Positions 1-11,931 of a DNA stretch of 64,000 bases are shown here, piece by piece; within the stretch, counting starts at the first letter, position 1; the number at the start of each line of letters is the position of its first letter. The DNA comes from Paraphysomonas bandaiensis (Eukaryota; Protista; Chrysophyceae): contig CBFFRP010000011.1 in NCBI GenBank assembly GCA_965644295.1, positions 1 through 64,000 on the forward strand, read 5' to 3'. The position numbers were made by a program, and so were the translations under genes. The notes below the pieces were generated by a model. It did not search any database, had not been told where the DNA came from, and saw only the letters and a list, made by a program, of their open reading frames with translations.

Positions 1-1657
1 TTTGCTGGTAGACATCTGGGAGTACTAACTGGGCAGCATGATAAGTAGAACCCGATCAAAGATCGTCAATAGGATCTGTGTCCCCCTGGTCCTCTTGTTC
101 TCGCACAAGCATTCGCACATCCCCTTTCTCGTTTCCTAAAGTTTCCTCTGGTACCAAGGGAACACTCTCTTTCTGAGTCCTTTGTTGAGGCCGAGGCGAA
201 GTCCTAGTCGGCATTTCCTTAATTCCAAACCTGGCATTCATAGCTCGCAGTGTCTCTTTAAGAATCTCCTTATCATGAGAAAATTTGCAACTCTTGTCCT
301 TGCCCACCCTCTACATTCATTTCCTTAAAGCATGGACTCTTCTTGTAAACTTCTGCAGCCATCCCGACATCCTCATTCACACTCTTAAGGTCATCATCCT
401 TTGCATCATTGTTACTTTCCTTAGTCTGTTTCTCATTCTCATCCGAATCGTCTTCCTCCATCATGGCCAATATTGCAGCATTCAATTGAGGCTTTGTTTG
501 GAAATTAAACCTGCCCTTGAATTGTTGATACTTCTCAGAAAGCTCCCTTGTTTACTCTTAGATGTTCGAAAAACTCTTCAAAGAATGATCTCCACTGAGT
601 TGAAATTCTCTGTTTCTCAATAATCTCTTACTGGTGTCTCTCATACAAGGTGGTATCAAACTCCATCCAGACTTCCAGTGACCCACCTGTTTCGTGGTAG
701 TTAGAGGTATACTCAAAGTCAAGTGATTTACTTTTGCTGCATCCACCAAGAAGTCGTATCTCTGAATAAACTTAGTTTCAAGAATACATATATCTTCATC
801 AGCTTTCCTGAAATCCTCCAGTCTCTCCATATTAACCTTGTATGCTTTGCAAGATTTGTACATATTTTGTTGAATGCCATTACATCCAAAGGTTTAAATA
901 AACGTTTGACTGCCTCAATGATATGTGTGATCCTAGCATCAGTACACTCCTAAGCATGAAGGGAATTCTGTTGGATTCATCCGTCGCAGGGTATGCCGAA
1001 CCATGTCTCTTGCTCGATCTTTTAGCAAACTGTACACTGAAGGCACCGCTCTATTATAATTCCGTTTTTCATACTCAGCAATCTTCTCCATAAATGTCAT
1101 GAAGCCGTCTAAAGTAATTTCCGTCAATTGGATCTTCAAGTATGAATTATCCTGTTGAGTCAATACGACCTGACTAGTCCTGTCTTCGTCGGCCTGCCTT
1201 AGCGCTTCTTGAATAGTCTGTCCCCTAACATTCCTCCTCCTAGGCTGCTCTTCCTCTCTCAATACCTGCGTTGCATTGATCATGGCCTGTTGGACTGCGT
1301 CCTCGATTCTGGTCTGAAGTAGATCTGGGTCTATATATTGCTGTTCATGTACTTGTCCTCCAGCTTGTTCTTCTTGCTGTTGAACTTCTTCGATTTGATG
1401 TGTCGCCTCTTCATCAATCTGGGATATCTCCCCTCCAAAATCTACTTCCGAATTAGCTGGAGTGCAGCACAAATTCCATTATCCTACTATTTAACGCTAC
1501 AGAAGCTGCTTGTGCGTCGCCGCAAGCACCAAGGTGCGACCACTTCCGTTCTTGATGTTGATTGCGAGTTTCGCCATCGTCGTGTGTCCTAGGACTCACC
1601 GGCGCTATATAATAGATGTGTATGTAGGGGACACGTTGTGCAACGTACAGCATGACA
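1..1657 (-). mobile_element. Degenerate gag-like / probable LTR-retrotransposon 5' part, running off the left edge
   Basis: The minus strand begins TGTCATG at 1657 (LTR-type TG start). Intronless ORF pieces 939-1472, 558-863, 273-485 and 56-307 join through frameshifts into one gag-like reading. A broken CCCH-like finger (PCFKEM...KSCKFSH) is present. No pol and no LTR 3' end or PBS could be identified. Confidence 0.5.
1465..1606 (-). repeat. Copy of a conserved retroelement motif shared with the LINE 3' UTR (21679-21820)
   Basis: The reverse complement of 1479-1553 matches 21732-21806 at 72/75 nt. The upstream block AGCGCCGGTGAGTCCnnGGACACACGA...GGCGAA is also shared. Confidence 0.9.
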
Positions 1658-1721
1658 AGTGAAAGCAGTGATCTAAGTCCACTACCACACTGGAACGTTT
1701 AAGACTACACATACATAGTGT

Positions 1722-1769
1722 GCAAATCCAGTGAATTTGGGCAAATCCAGTGAATTTGGGCAAATCCAG
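1722..1769. repeat. 19-bp tandem repeat, about 2.5 copies
   Basis: GCAAATCCAGTGAATTTGG at 1722 and 1741, partial at 1760. Confidence 0.9.
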
Positions 1770-2103
1770 CACTTTTTTGGTCTACCGAACGCACCCTTAA
1801 CTATGAAAATAGAAAATATGGGACTGTTGTAATGGTGGAATTATAAGACCAACAGTCATTATAACACCAAATGATGGTGAAAGCATATTTTTAATGATAG
1901 GGTCATGTATCATATAGTCATTTTACACAAACTTCACAATATTAGGCAGCATGAAGCACATACAAACCACACATATAACTATATGTGTAAGTTACATAAT
2001 ACTAAGCAGATTGTAAGTGTTTATTTCACAGCACTAAGCCATCTTAAAAATTTATTCCGTTTACGTGTGATACCACTTGAGTCTGATACATCAAACACTG
2101 TCA

Positions 2104-3558
2104 TCATATGGAGTGACACGGTTCTGCTTCGGGTTTACGTCTTAGAAATTCCAACCATGAGTGGAGTGGCATGCAACAGGGTGTGTCCACTAATCTTCGA
2201 GCGGGTAACTGACTGTCAGTGGCAGAAGGAATGCGAGAAGTTTTGGGAGAAGGAGAGGGAGGAGATGACATACCTGCGCCGCTCGATAACGAGCACACAG
2301 ATCGCGCGATGTCGCCATGAACTGCTGTGCCTGCCAGAGATGATACGTCAAAGTTAAAAGAATCTGAGGGACGAGATCCGGTTGGCGATAAAGAAGGCGA
2401 CTTTCCGTAATACAATGCTGGTATATCCCCTTCTCCAGAACACTCCTCATTATCTTCGTCTTGTGGTACATTTGATGTCATATATTTCTCCGAGTCCAAT
2501 TTCGTTGCAGTTCTATCTACAGATACATCTACGACCACATTCGGTAGCGAGGTGGTCCTTTTTATCCCACGGCTTAGTGGGATGTGCTCTAATTTTCTTT
2601 TCGATGAATGAGAAATGGTGTGCCTGGTAATTTGCTCTTGTATAGAGAAGTGAAACTCGGCATACTCACTTCGAGAAACCCAAAGATTACTCCCTAGCAC
2701 CTCCAGTAGCGAGAGTTCCAGATCGTTCACGCGCTGGACGCTGAGCCCGTAAAATATAGAGCAGTAGCTTGAATTGCTCATCGCAAAATCATCAAAAACC
2801 TTGCTGGCCATTAGTACGCACGCAAGTATGACCCCTTTGTAAGAACTTTCGTTCAGCACAAAAGTTCCTTCTGAGTAGCGTACCATTCGAGAGATGTATA
2901 TAAGTGATATGACCAAACACTCGTACTCCATATCTGACTCAATACATATTTTGTAAACAAACTCGAACACAGCTGTTACTTCTGGGAGCTAAAAACATAT
3001 AACATAGATTAGAGCATTGTACTGAGTGAAGTATTATCCAACCTTAACCTTGGGACTTCTAGGCGAGAGAATTCTTTTTACGGAACCGGATGACAATCTG
3101 ATACGCACCCGGGGCGGATTAAATACATTATACGCGGAATGTCGAGCTGGACCTCGATGAGCAGTGTGCAACTGCTCAAGAGGAATATTTTTGGGTGATC
3201 TAGGGGATAGTGAAGGGGATCGAAAAGTAGTTGTGTTTCCCACATGATCAGCACGTGTACATGATTCTACCATTATCTCCTTTATCAAATACGACACACA
3301 CCATGAAATCAATTCAGTAGATATTTCCACTGCGTCTGTATGCTTACACCGCTGTAATATTACTCTATAACCGAACAATGTAGACCCTGAACTCCCACTA
3401 TCAGATGACTTCCTTCGAGGGCTGTCCCTGTCACCTGGAAGAGTGCTCTCGTCCTCTTGTGGGCCCACACATGTCATACCCATAGCATCATGTATGTTTC
3501 TGGTGGAATTTCTCCATAGCTTAGAGTGCTCTTGAAGTACTGAAGCAGAGGTGGTCAT
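2104..3558 (-). CDS. Cyclin Y / PHO80-like cyclin (2 exons)
   Basis: Cyclin box 'CLVISLIYISRM...GVILACVLMASKVFDD...VNDLELSLLEVL' in ORF 2104-2970. Upstream exon in ORF 3034-3738 (start MTTSAS assumed). GT-AG intron at about 2990-3040. Confidence 0.8.
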
Positions 3559-3890
3559 ATACACGGCCAGAGACCTGATATATATATATATATATAGGAC
3601 TACATATACACAGACATCGACTCTATATTCTCGTGTCCATCTGACTTCGGATAGTATAGAGGACACCACGAAAGGCGATGGATTCACACAGGAGATATCC
3701 TGAGTCCGTCCACTTAATGCGGATATATATTGGAACAACTACATGTCGGTGGGTTAGAATATCCTACACGCATCCTATACGATGACCGAATGAACCAGTA
3801 CGATACACTCACAGGAATTCCTGCATACACAAACATCTACATACGTACGACCATACACACGTACGTACATACTGCTGTAGTCATGCAGTG

Positions 3891-3920
3891 ACATACCTAC
3901 GTACCTACGTACCTACATAC

Positions 3921-3951
<31 letters not shown>

Positions 3952-4028
3952 CATACATACATACATACATACATACATACATACATACATACATACATAC
4001 ATACATACATACATACATACATACATAC
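3891..4028. repeat. (CATA)n microsatellite with degenerate left edge
   Basis: Directly visible TACA/CATA units. Confidence 0.97.
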
Positions 4029-4103
4029 ACAATCTAGATCATACATTTCTTGTACTCAAGTCATAGCTGACAGAACTGAGGATATACATTGCCTCAATTA
4101 CTA

Positions 4104-4509
4104 ATGAGCACTTCTGAGTCTCCTCATGTGACGTCTGAGAAAATCAATTCTAGCGAATGTCCTAAAAGTGCTGATAATGAAGACTCACCTCGCAAGAAGC
4201 GGAAAGTAGCCTGTCCAGCTGGTACAATTTATCGAGCCTAATAACATGTGAGGTAATTATATAGTTCTTACATCAGATAGTACAGATAGCTCCTCAGATA
4301 CAGTGGTATCAAGATTGAGATTAACAGTCGGTACTGAGATAGTGCTCGACTGCTCTCTGAAAGATAAGCCGTATTACAATGGCGAAGTTTTTGTGGTGAA
4401 GAAATATGGAAGAGATCAGTACACCCTTCACATGGTCAATGAATGCCACGGTTTGTGGGGTGGCTCGTTTACGAAGTCGGCATCCTTTATGGAAAAGTTA
4501 GATACGTAG
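4104..4509 (+). CDS. Small hypothetical protein (~110 aa) with classical NLS-like PRKKRKV, 2 exons
   Basis: ATG at 4104 reads MSTSESPH...SPRKKRKVACPA. A GT-AG intron 4222-4297 keeps frame into ORF 4303-4509. Confidence 0.55.
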
Positions 4510-5849
4510 CATGACTGTCGTTAAGTTGTCCTGACAGATTTGCTCCAGGCATGCGCATAGGATAACTCTATCAAAGGGTGCAAAGCTGATACCGATAGAA
4601 TACTGCTTACACAGTGCAGTATATGATGATCGTTCCAATAAGAATTCTGCTGCAAGCCCTGTTCATGATACCCTGCAGGGTTGGCGTTGGCTCGAGTCTT
4701 GGGAGAGGCTTGTGTGGACGACCTGTCCAACATCTCTCAGTTACAAGGACATCTATAAACTAGCATCTGTATCAATTAGAGATAACTTCAAACCAATTCT
4801 AGGTAGGAATACTGCTTGAGTTACTTTAGTTTAATGCTGCATTCGCTAGGCAAAAAGCAGGAAGCGTTCTTTATATTACCCCCAGTGGGTGGAAGTGCAT
4901 CTGTTCTGCAGGGATACGCGGCTGCATGCGAGCGAAATGATGAGAAGTTTAGTTTTGCTTTTGAATATGCGTGGTTGTATCGTGACAAAGCTTGATTACT
5001 TAGAACTGTTTCAGTAGTGTATACTCCGATTATTTCGTACAATTTCTATCCCAAATGTATAGGGGATATCATCTCGTGTGAGAAGCTAATTATTTTAGTA
5101 TTAAGAGGTGCAATATAAATTACAACACGACAGTTTGACGACTGTGTTGAGTTTCGCTTATTCGTAAGCAATTAAATGCTAATTGTAAGGTTTTTGAATC
5201 GTGTCCGTTACATACTCTTCCATGATTGGCTGTTGCCCAATGCACATACATCCAAATTCTTTTGCGCTAAGAGATGATGAGATAGTATAGAATAGAATTT
5301 CATGGTCCTTCATATGGCATCGATGCTACTCATCTTCACATAATTGCTGCTAAATGTATCACTTGGTTTAAGATTTAAGACTCGACAAGTTACGGCGGAA
5401 TATCATATATATGTAGCGCCGTAAACAAAAAACTTTAGTAGTCTACACGTCTACACAGCTACACAGGTACACTTATAACTTGTCCTGAGTCGTTGATGCA
5501 GTGCCATCATTGAGCTCAACACTTGTACTGTTGTGGCAGAATTTCCTTGTTCTTTACACATTACTCGTAGAAGAAAAAAATTACCTCATAGTATTTCGAC
5601 TTCAGATGAATTGAGTCAATTACTAGGCAACATTTCCAATAATAATAATTGCAATCATCATTATTTCAATACCCTTAAGTATTACGAAATACTATAAGAA
5701 TACAGTGCAAATTTACGAACAGCATTAAATAAATTAATGAAATAGTACGAGTTATTTAGTGCAACTAAAATATATTGACTGTATAAGATCTAGGATCTGA
5801 TAATATTGGTTCGTAGTAGCGTAGTAGTGAAAATATAGGGAAATATTAT

Positions 5850-6050
5850 TCAACCTAGTCAAATTGGTGGAATTTCTTAGTCACACTATTTTGGTGTAAA
5901 TACCTAGTCAAAGTAATAAATGATTCAATCTTAGATTTTTAACCTAACCTAATCTTAACCCTAACCCTAATCGACATTTTTAAAATTTGACCAGGTTTGG
6001 TCATTACATCAACTTCTAGTCAAATTTAGTTATAAACCTAGTCATAAATA
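5850..6050. repeat. Degenerate repeat element with recurring CTAGTCAAA motifs and telomere-like AACCT/AACCCT core
   Basis: (A)CCTAGTCA occurs several times, with one inverted variant (TTTGACCAGG). AACCTAACCTAATCTTAACCCTAACCCTAA at 5941-5970. Confidence 0.5.
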
Positions 6051-6488
6051 GTACTCGCATATAACTACTCATTACAGAACCATGAAGTCACACGGCAGGT
6101 AAAGTGAAACCAACGCAACATAGATCAGGTCAAAGCAAAGTTAGAGTATAGAATATAGAAAAAGAGATATTTCATAGTAGCATAGACAGGACTCCACCGC
6201 TCAAGTAGCATAGACAGGACTATACTCTTCTTCATATATCAAACATTGATAGTCTGAGCTATAAGTGTCGAAATATTTTCCAATGATTTATAAAATTGCA
6301 AAAAAACGAAAAATGTTGCTGGTTTTATATATTAAGAATTAAAAATGATCACGAAATACAATGTCGGTTAGCTAAATTATAGTGCACCAACTTTACATGT
6401 ACAATGAATCAATATACCAATGATGGCACGTAACCATATCTCACAGCCACTTTCCATGTCCAGCAATATAGTACGACATAAGCATACT

Positions 6489-8513
6489 TTAAATAACATA
6501 TGGTATGAACAGGTACGGCACGCGGCGTTTGTATTCTGTCCAGTCATTCCCATACTTCTCCTGGCAAAGTTTATCATCCCGCATTGCGCTTCAAAAAAGT
6601 TATATGAATGGGGAGCTGATTGTAGGCAAGCACACGACACCTACCGGTGAACAAGCAGCACCAAGAAATACACAGCTTGAAAATACGGAATCGGCGAATC
6701 GAATCCGCAGAGCAGGCACCAAGAAAGTGTCATGATCCAATCACCTGTATCTATTGTCATCATGTAGCATACTATGGGGTCGAGCCTACCAGTATAGTTA
6801 ATTTTTCTAGCAAGTCCCCACCAGCCACTCGTGAGAAGCTTAGTACCTCTTTGCGTCTGCATATATGTAAGGTGAGAGACAGCAGGGTCTGAGGGATTGC
6901 GGCGGAAGGTATCTTTTTGTGAGTTAGCCGCTCTGCAGAAGAATCAATTAATCTCGTCCTTCAGATTACCAAATAAGTTTTACCTGAACAGGTAATACCC
7001 TCCGCACTGTAGAGCGACAATGATAGCTAACTTCCAGAGGGCTAAATCAGGATCATAGTCAACCAAGTACCGACTCTGCGGGAGATGTAACGCACATAAT
7101 TGGGGTTGCCAGATATCATACCTGCAATGAGTATATGAAAGGAACCCAAGCAAGATCTCCAAAGGCAAGCATGAATCCGAACCCGTCCGTGGTAACATCC
7201 ATAGTGGTGAGTATTGCTCGCTCGGAGTAGAGGGCATCCCACACGTAAAATCCCTATCACATTGTCATGACATTAGTACAGTAAAATACACACACACCTG
7301 GAAAAGGTTAATAAGAAGCATTGAGAGAGATATGAACCCGTTCATTTGATACTGCTTGCAAGCCATCCCTATCATAAACGTTATATATAGTCAGAATACA
7401 TAAGTATAGCTACCAATATTGATTACTGCCCAGCCGATGAGTCCAGGTCTCAATTCGCAGAACACTTTCAGATCAAAATCTCCAATGCGAGGGTTCAGTT
7501 CCCTGTTTATACTACCATAACCACGATCAACAACGCGAGGTAGAGTCACCTTCCAATGAAGAAGTCATAAAGGGCGTTGCCAGAGTCTCCACCAGCAGCC
7601 AAAAGCGCTCCTGTCTTAAAGGAGCTCGCGTACCTGATATCAGTCAAAATAATTGAGAAGGTTTGGCAAGATAACTTACAGGTACACCGAAAGAGCGAGA
7701 GACCAAGCGATACTTGCGGTGATGAGGGGAAGGTAGTGGTCGTATATAATATGTAGCGGGAGGGGACGGAAGGCCACGATACCTGGGGCTTCGTTTGTTT
7801 CCTCATCTACATCTTCTTGCCATTACAAGAGAACACGAATCAAGAAAGACAACACCTGTAAGCTCTACCATACTATAGCCGATGACAACTAGTGTGACCC
7901 AGAACTGAAGGTGTCCGCTTAAAACATAAGCAAGCTTCTTGTCGTTCGCTAGAGTTACTCCATACGCAACTTCGCCTGGCAGTATCCGTTCAAGAACGAA
8001 GTGAAAAACCATCCAGCCTGTAAACATTGCACAAGCTTCGTCCGAAATAAAAGCTTCAGGCGCTGGTATTTTGTTAACGAACACATCCCAATCAAAGTTG
8101 TATATGCTGTTCATACAGTAGTCTTGATTGCACGCAATGAATAGACCATATATTACGACTGGAAGCCCAATTATGATAAAAAAGGCTCCGATTGGCCCAC
8201 CAAACTCATAGTCAAACGTTTCTTTTTCGGTAGAGGGTTTACCCTGGCAAGTATCATCTGGCTCTTGTTGAGTGGTGGGTTCTTCTGTAGTGCGCCCAGC
8301 TGTCACATTATCCTCATCACTCTGCGATGAACTATCTTCCCTCGACACCCTTCCACTTTTATTCTTCGGAGTATTCGACTTGGGAGTTGATTTACTTGCT
8401 GGAGTTGACTTTCTCGCTGGAGTTGACTTGGACGTGGATTTACGGGCAGGAGAGTCCTTCCTTCGGGCTGGACTGCCTGCCTTCTTAGCACGTCTTGCCC
8501 TCGTTTCAACCAT
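6489..8513 (-). CDS. Delta14-sterol reductase, ERG24/LBR/TM7SF2 family (multi-exon)
   Basis: Motifs [51 protein letters not shown] and C-terminal [23 protein letters not shown]. Confidence 0.9.
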
Positions 8514-9108
8514 TATATCGATAGTTTATGAACCAGTATGCAAATATAGGAATACAACCGGATGCTACCGGCTGAACGCTCTTACAAACACTCACAAGTT
8601 GTGTCTATACTTCCCAATGCACCACTCACTTCAAATGCCTTATCTTCTACTATTCTCCATATACATGTGTACGCAGCACTGTATATCAGCTACTGTATTA
8701 TCAATACAATCAACTGGCAGTATATTTGAATTTCATGCGCAGCCTGTCTGTCCCATTTTAGGATTTCTTTGGGCTGTATTCCCACATATACAGTGCCAGT
8801 ATTATATATATGAGTATAATATATCTTACAGCAGTTTCACATTTCGTGATATTTATCGAACCTAGCAAACCCCTTATTTATTAAAAACTACAGATTTCTA
8901 TCTAATCTATGGATAGAAAACTAGCACTTTCTCAAATACGCTAACGTTGTACAGCAGAACAGCGTGTTGATATTACAGCACATACACATGTGTGTGTCCA
9001 TCACTCAGTGTAGTATACGAACTACTTTAATAGTAATAGCTCAGACCAGCGGGTAGGCTAATGATCTTCACACTACCTTAACACGCTTCTCTCCCTGGAG
9101 CACATACC

Positions 9109-11117
9109 ATGAAGCCACACCCATCAACCACTGACCGTGTGGCGCAGTTGTTAGCTAACACTCCCACTAAAACAGTCTTAGTTCCAATTAGCAAATTAAA
9201 GAGACCTGACATAAGCAAACGAGTAAATCCAAAGTCGATTACTCTTCCGAAAGATGCACTGAGTTCCTCTAGATCTGCCCTGTCATTGGGCTCCAGTATA
9301 GGAGAAGAGTACTCCGTGTGTGGCAGTATGGGTAGTGAATATTCATACTCCAGTATGGGAGAGTCTCTCAGAAATAGGATACGAATAATGGAAGAAAAAA
9401 TCAAAGAGGCAAAAGAATGTGGGGCTTTAGAGGAGTTTGGATCTCTTGTACCGCTACCTGCTGAGCTCTGTAGTTGGAATAAACGAATATCGAAGAGGTA
9501 CCGTGATCGTGCGAGGCCCCCGGTGAATATCATTGGATGCCATCAACCAGCCGATCTTATAGTTGCACGAGCGGATGAGCGGATTCGCAAGCAGCTTCAG
9601 GCTAAAGAATTGAAAGAGAAGCATATGGAGGAGGTTGTGAAATACATCGACCACCTAATTCACATGAAGCTTACTCGTGGCGAAAGATATGCCGCTATGT
9701 TACAAGAGCAGCAAAGACAAATGTCGTGGATGCGCCTCGTAGTAATAATGAAATATGTTTCGGTGGTGATGCCGATGATTAAAAGCGTACACACAGAACA
9801 CAGACGACTTTCTACACAAGACAAAGCCGCTGCCAAGTTACAGACGAACCTCACGTCCTGGTACGAACGCCGCATCCTCAGGAGATACGTCAGTTTCGTG
9901 AATCAAATAACAGATGTGATGTGGCGCTTTCGTTTGCAAATGAGCATTATTCAGAAGCGCTGTGCCTGCCGAGTAATTCGTACTCATCTAACGGAGAAGC
10001 GAGAGCAGCGTGAGGTGCGTATCCCACCGTTTTGGTAGCTGTTCTGATTAATGATTCGTATTCTGGATTATTCAGTTTTCTGGATTAGTGCATGCATTTT
10101 TGACAGGAGTTCGTAAAATTCAAGCCCTTGCCCGTGGTTTTATTGCCTGCAAACTGAACCGTATTCGCTCATTGGCTCTAATATGGGACGACATCGAGAC
10201 CCAGTATCTGCAAGTAATGCTAGCCCAACGCAAGCAAGAAATGAGCAACCAAAGCTCGAGGTCTATGAAGCACCTTGTGATTGACGAGAAACTTCGGTCA
10301 GTAATTTTGTGTTATAAGCCTGTACTTATATCATATATTCTTTGATCTGTGTGCAGTATTGAAATAGATAGGCAAAACTCGAAATGGGAGCACACCGACA
10401 AAAAGTTTTCTAAGATACTGGATGTAAGTTGTTGTGTGGTTTTATTGCACCATTGACGCATAGAATAAACTTTAGAACTATCGCAAGAATGGGGAACTTG
10501 ACGCCGCTGTAGAAAGCTCCACTATAGAGTCTTTAAAAGTTCCAGAGAAAGTAAAAATACACTTCTGTTGTGAGTTAATTCGCCAGAAGGTTTGAAATGC
10601 AATGCTCTTTTGACCTGCAGCAGTTTATATTATGTATGATAGAGGCGCGAGCACACACAGCGCATGATGGAGATGCAGAGAAGATTGACTCACTCTCTTC
10701 AGGTTCAGTGTAGGAGCCTCCTTTGTAGTACTAACCCTCTACGCAGTATTCTGTAGACGACGCTGCCGCTCTTGTGAAGGGTAACATGATATCAGATCAG
10801 CGCTTAAATGCTGCTGAAAATAGTACAAAGATACTGTGTAGTTTCATTCCATTCAATCTCTTCAGGTGAGTATAACCATACTTTCCCTGTACATGTGAGT
10901 GTGACGATTGGCTGGCAGTGTATTACCCGACAGTGAAATTCTGGATACGATTAAAGAATGCCATCGGAAGCTGGATACTTTCAAAGTTAAAAGTGATACT
11001 GTTGCATTACTAAAGCTACAGAATGTCCCTCTTCATATGAGGCGCCCTGGTTTCGTAATTAAGCGCCAATCAAGCAGTCGAAACTATGACGCGATAATAG
11101 ATACCACGGACATTTGA
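9109..11117 (+). CDS. Hypothetical protein with IQ-like motif(s), multi-exon
   Basis: 309-aa first ORF plus downstream exons with GT-AG introns. KIQALARGFIAC resembles an IQ motif. Confidence 0.6.
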
Positions 11118-11931
11118 ACAGATGTTTGTACTACTGGACAGAAAATCGCCCTGTGACGTAAATTATGTTGTACGTAGCACTTCGAAATGTGCATGATAGC
11201 TTGTGTAACTCATTAATATCGTGTCGATCTTGTAACGCACGCATGCGTTATCATTGACTGGATTACTAGTCGTTGTCTGTTCAAACTTGAAATATGCATA
11301 ATAATCGCTAAAGTTTTCAGTTGTAAATCAGTTTGTGGCGAAGTGATAAGTTAAAATTGCAGAACTCCTGATTTTGTTCTAACGTTGCGTATAATATAAC
11401 TGGCTTACCTGGGAATATAACTGTTGATTACATCACCTTGTTAAGTGTGTGTCTATGAAGTAGTCGTAATGATAAGCGATATTGACAATGTTACAGTTGG
11501 GTACATTACAGAAGTTAACCATCTTGGCTGTACCACATGAACCTTAAACTTTTGCAAACAACGTAACTCCAAGTATGAATTTAAATTTCTAATCTAATCA
11601 TGTCAGATCTGCGCTTTCAACCTGCTAGAGTGTACATAGCACATGGAATATTGGATATTGGATAGTGATGAATACTTACATGTAGTCGACGACTAAACTA
11701 CATAGTTCTAAGGAATCAAAAAACTTCATGCTGTTTACGAATAAAACAATCTTTACATACGTTCTTGTCACTGTGACATAAATTAGGTAAAACAAATACT
11801 TCATATATTGTAAATTGTCTACAATCCACAAGATAACATAAGTATAATACAGTATACACAACTCGAATAAAGAAATCAAATCAGAAACGAAATAAATGAA
11901 ATGCTGACGATAAATATTTTTCCATCCGTCA

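Noticed and set aside
1425-1606. Spliceosomal snRNA or tRNA identity for the shared module; TGGAGGGG as a tRNA primer-binding site
   Set aside because: Lacks U1/U2/U4/U6 diagnostic sequences and a cloverleaf. The putative PBS is short and not preceded by an LTR CA end.
1722-1769. CRISPR-like repeat
   Set aside because: Head-to-tail repeats without spacers in a eukaryotic context.
5391-5423. TACGGCG…CGCCGTA hairpin
   Set aside because: Only a 7-bp stem with no other support.
8272-8865. 197-aa plus-strand ORF (and similar antisense ORFs at 9078, 28177, 38810)
   Set aside because: Shadow ORFs antisense to well-supported genes.
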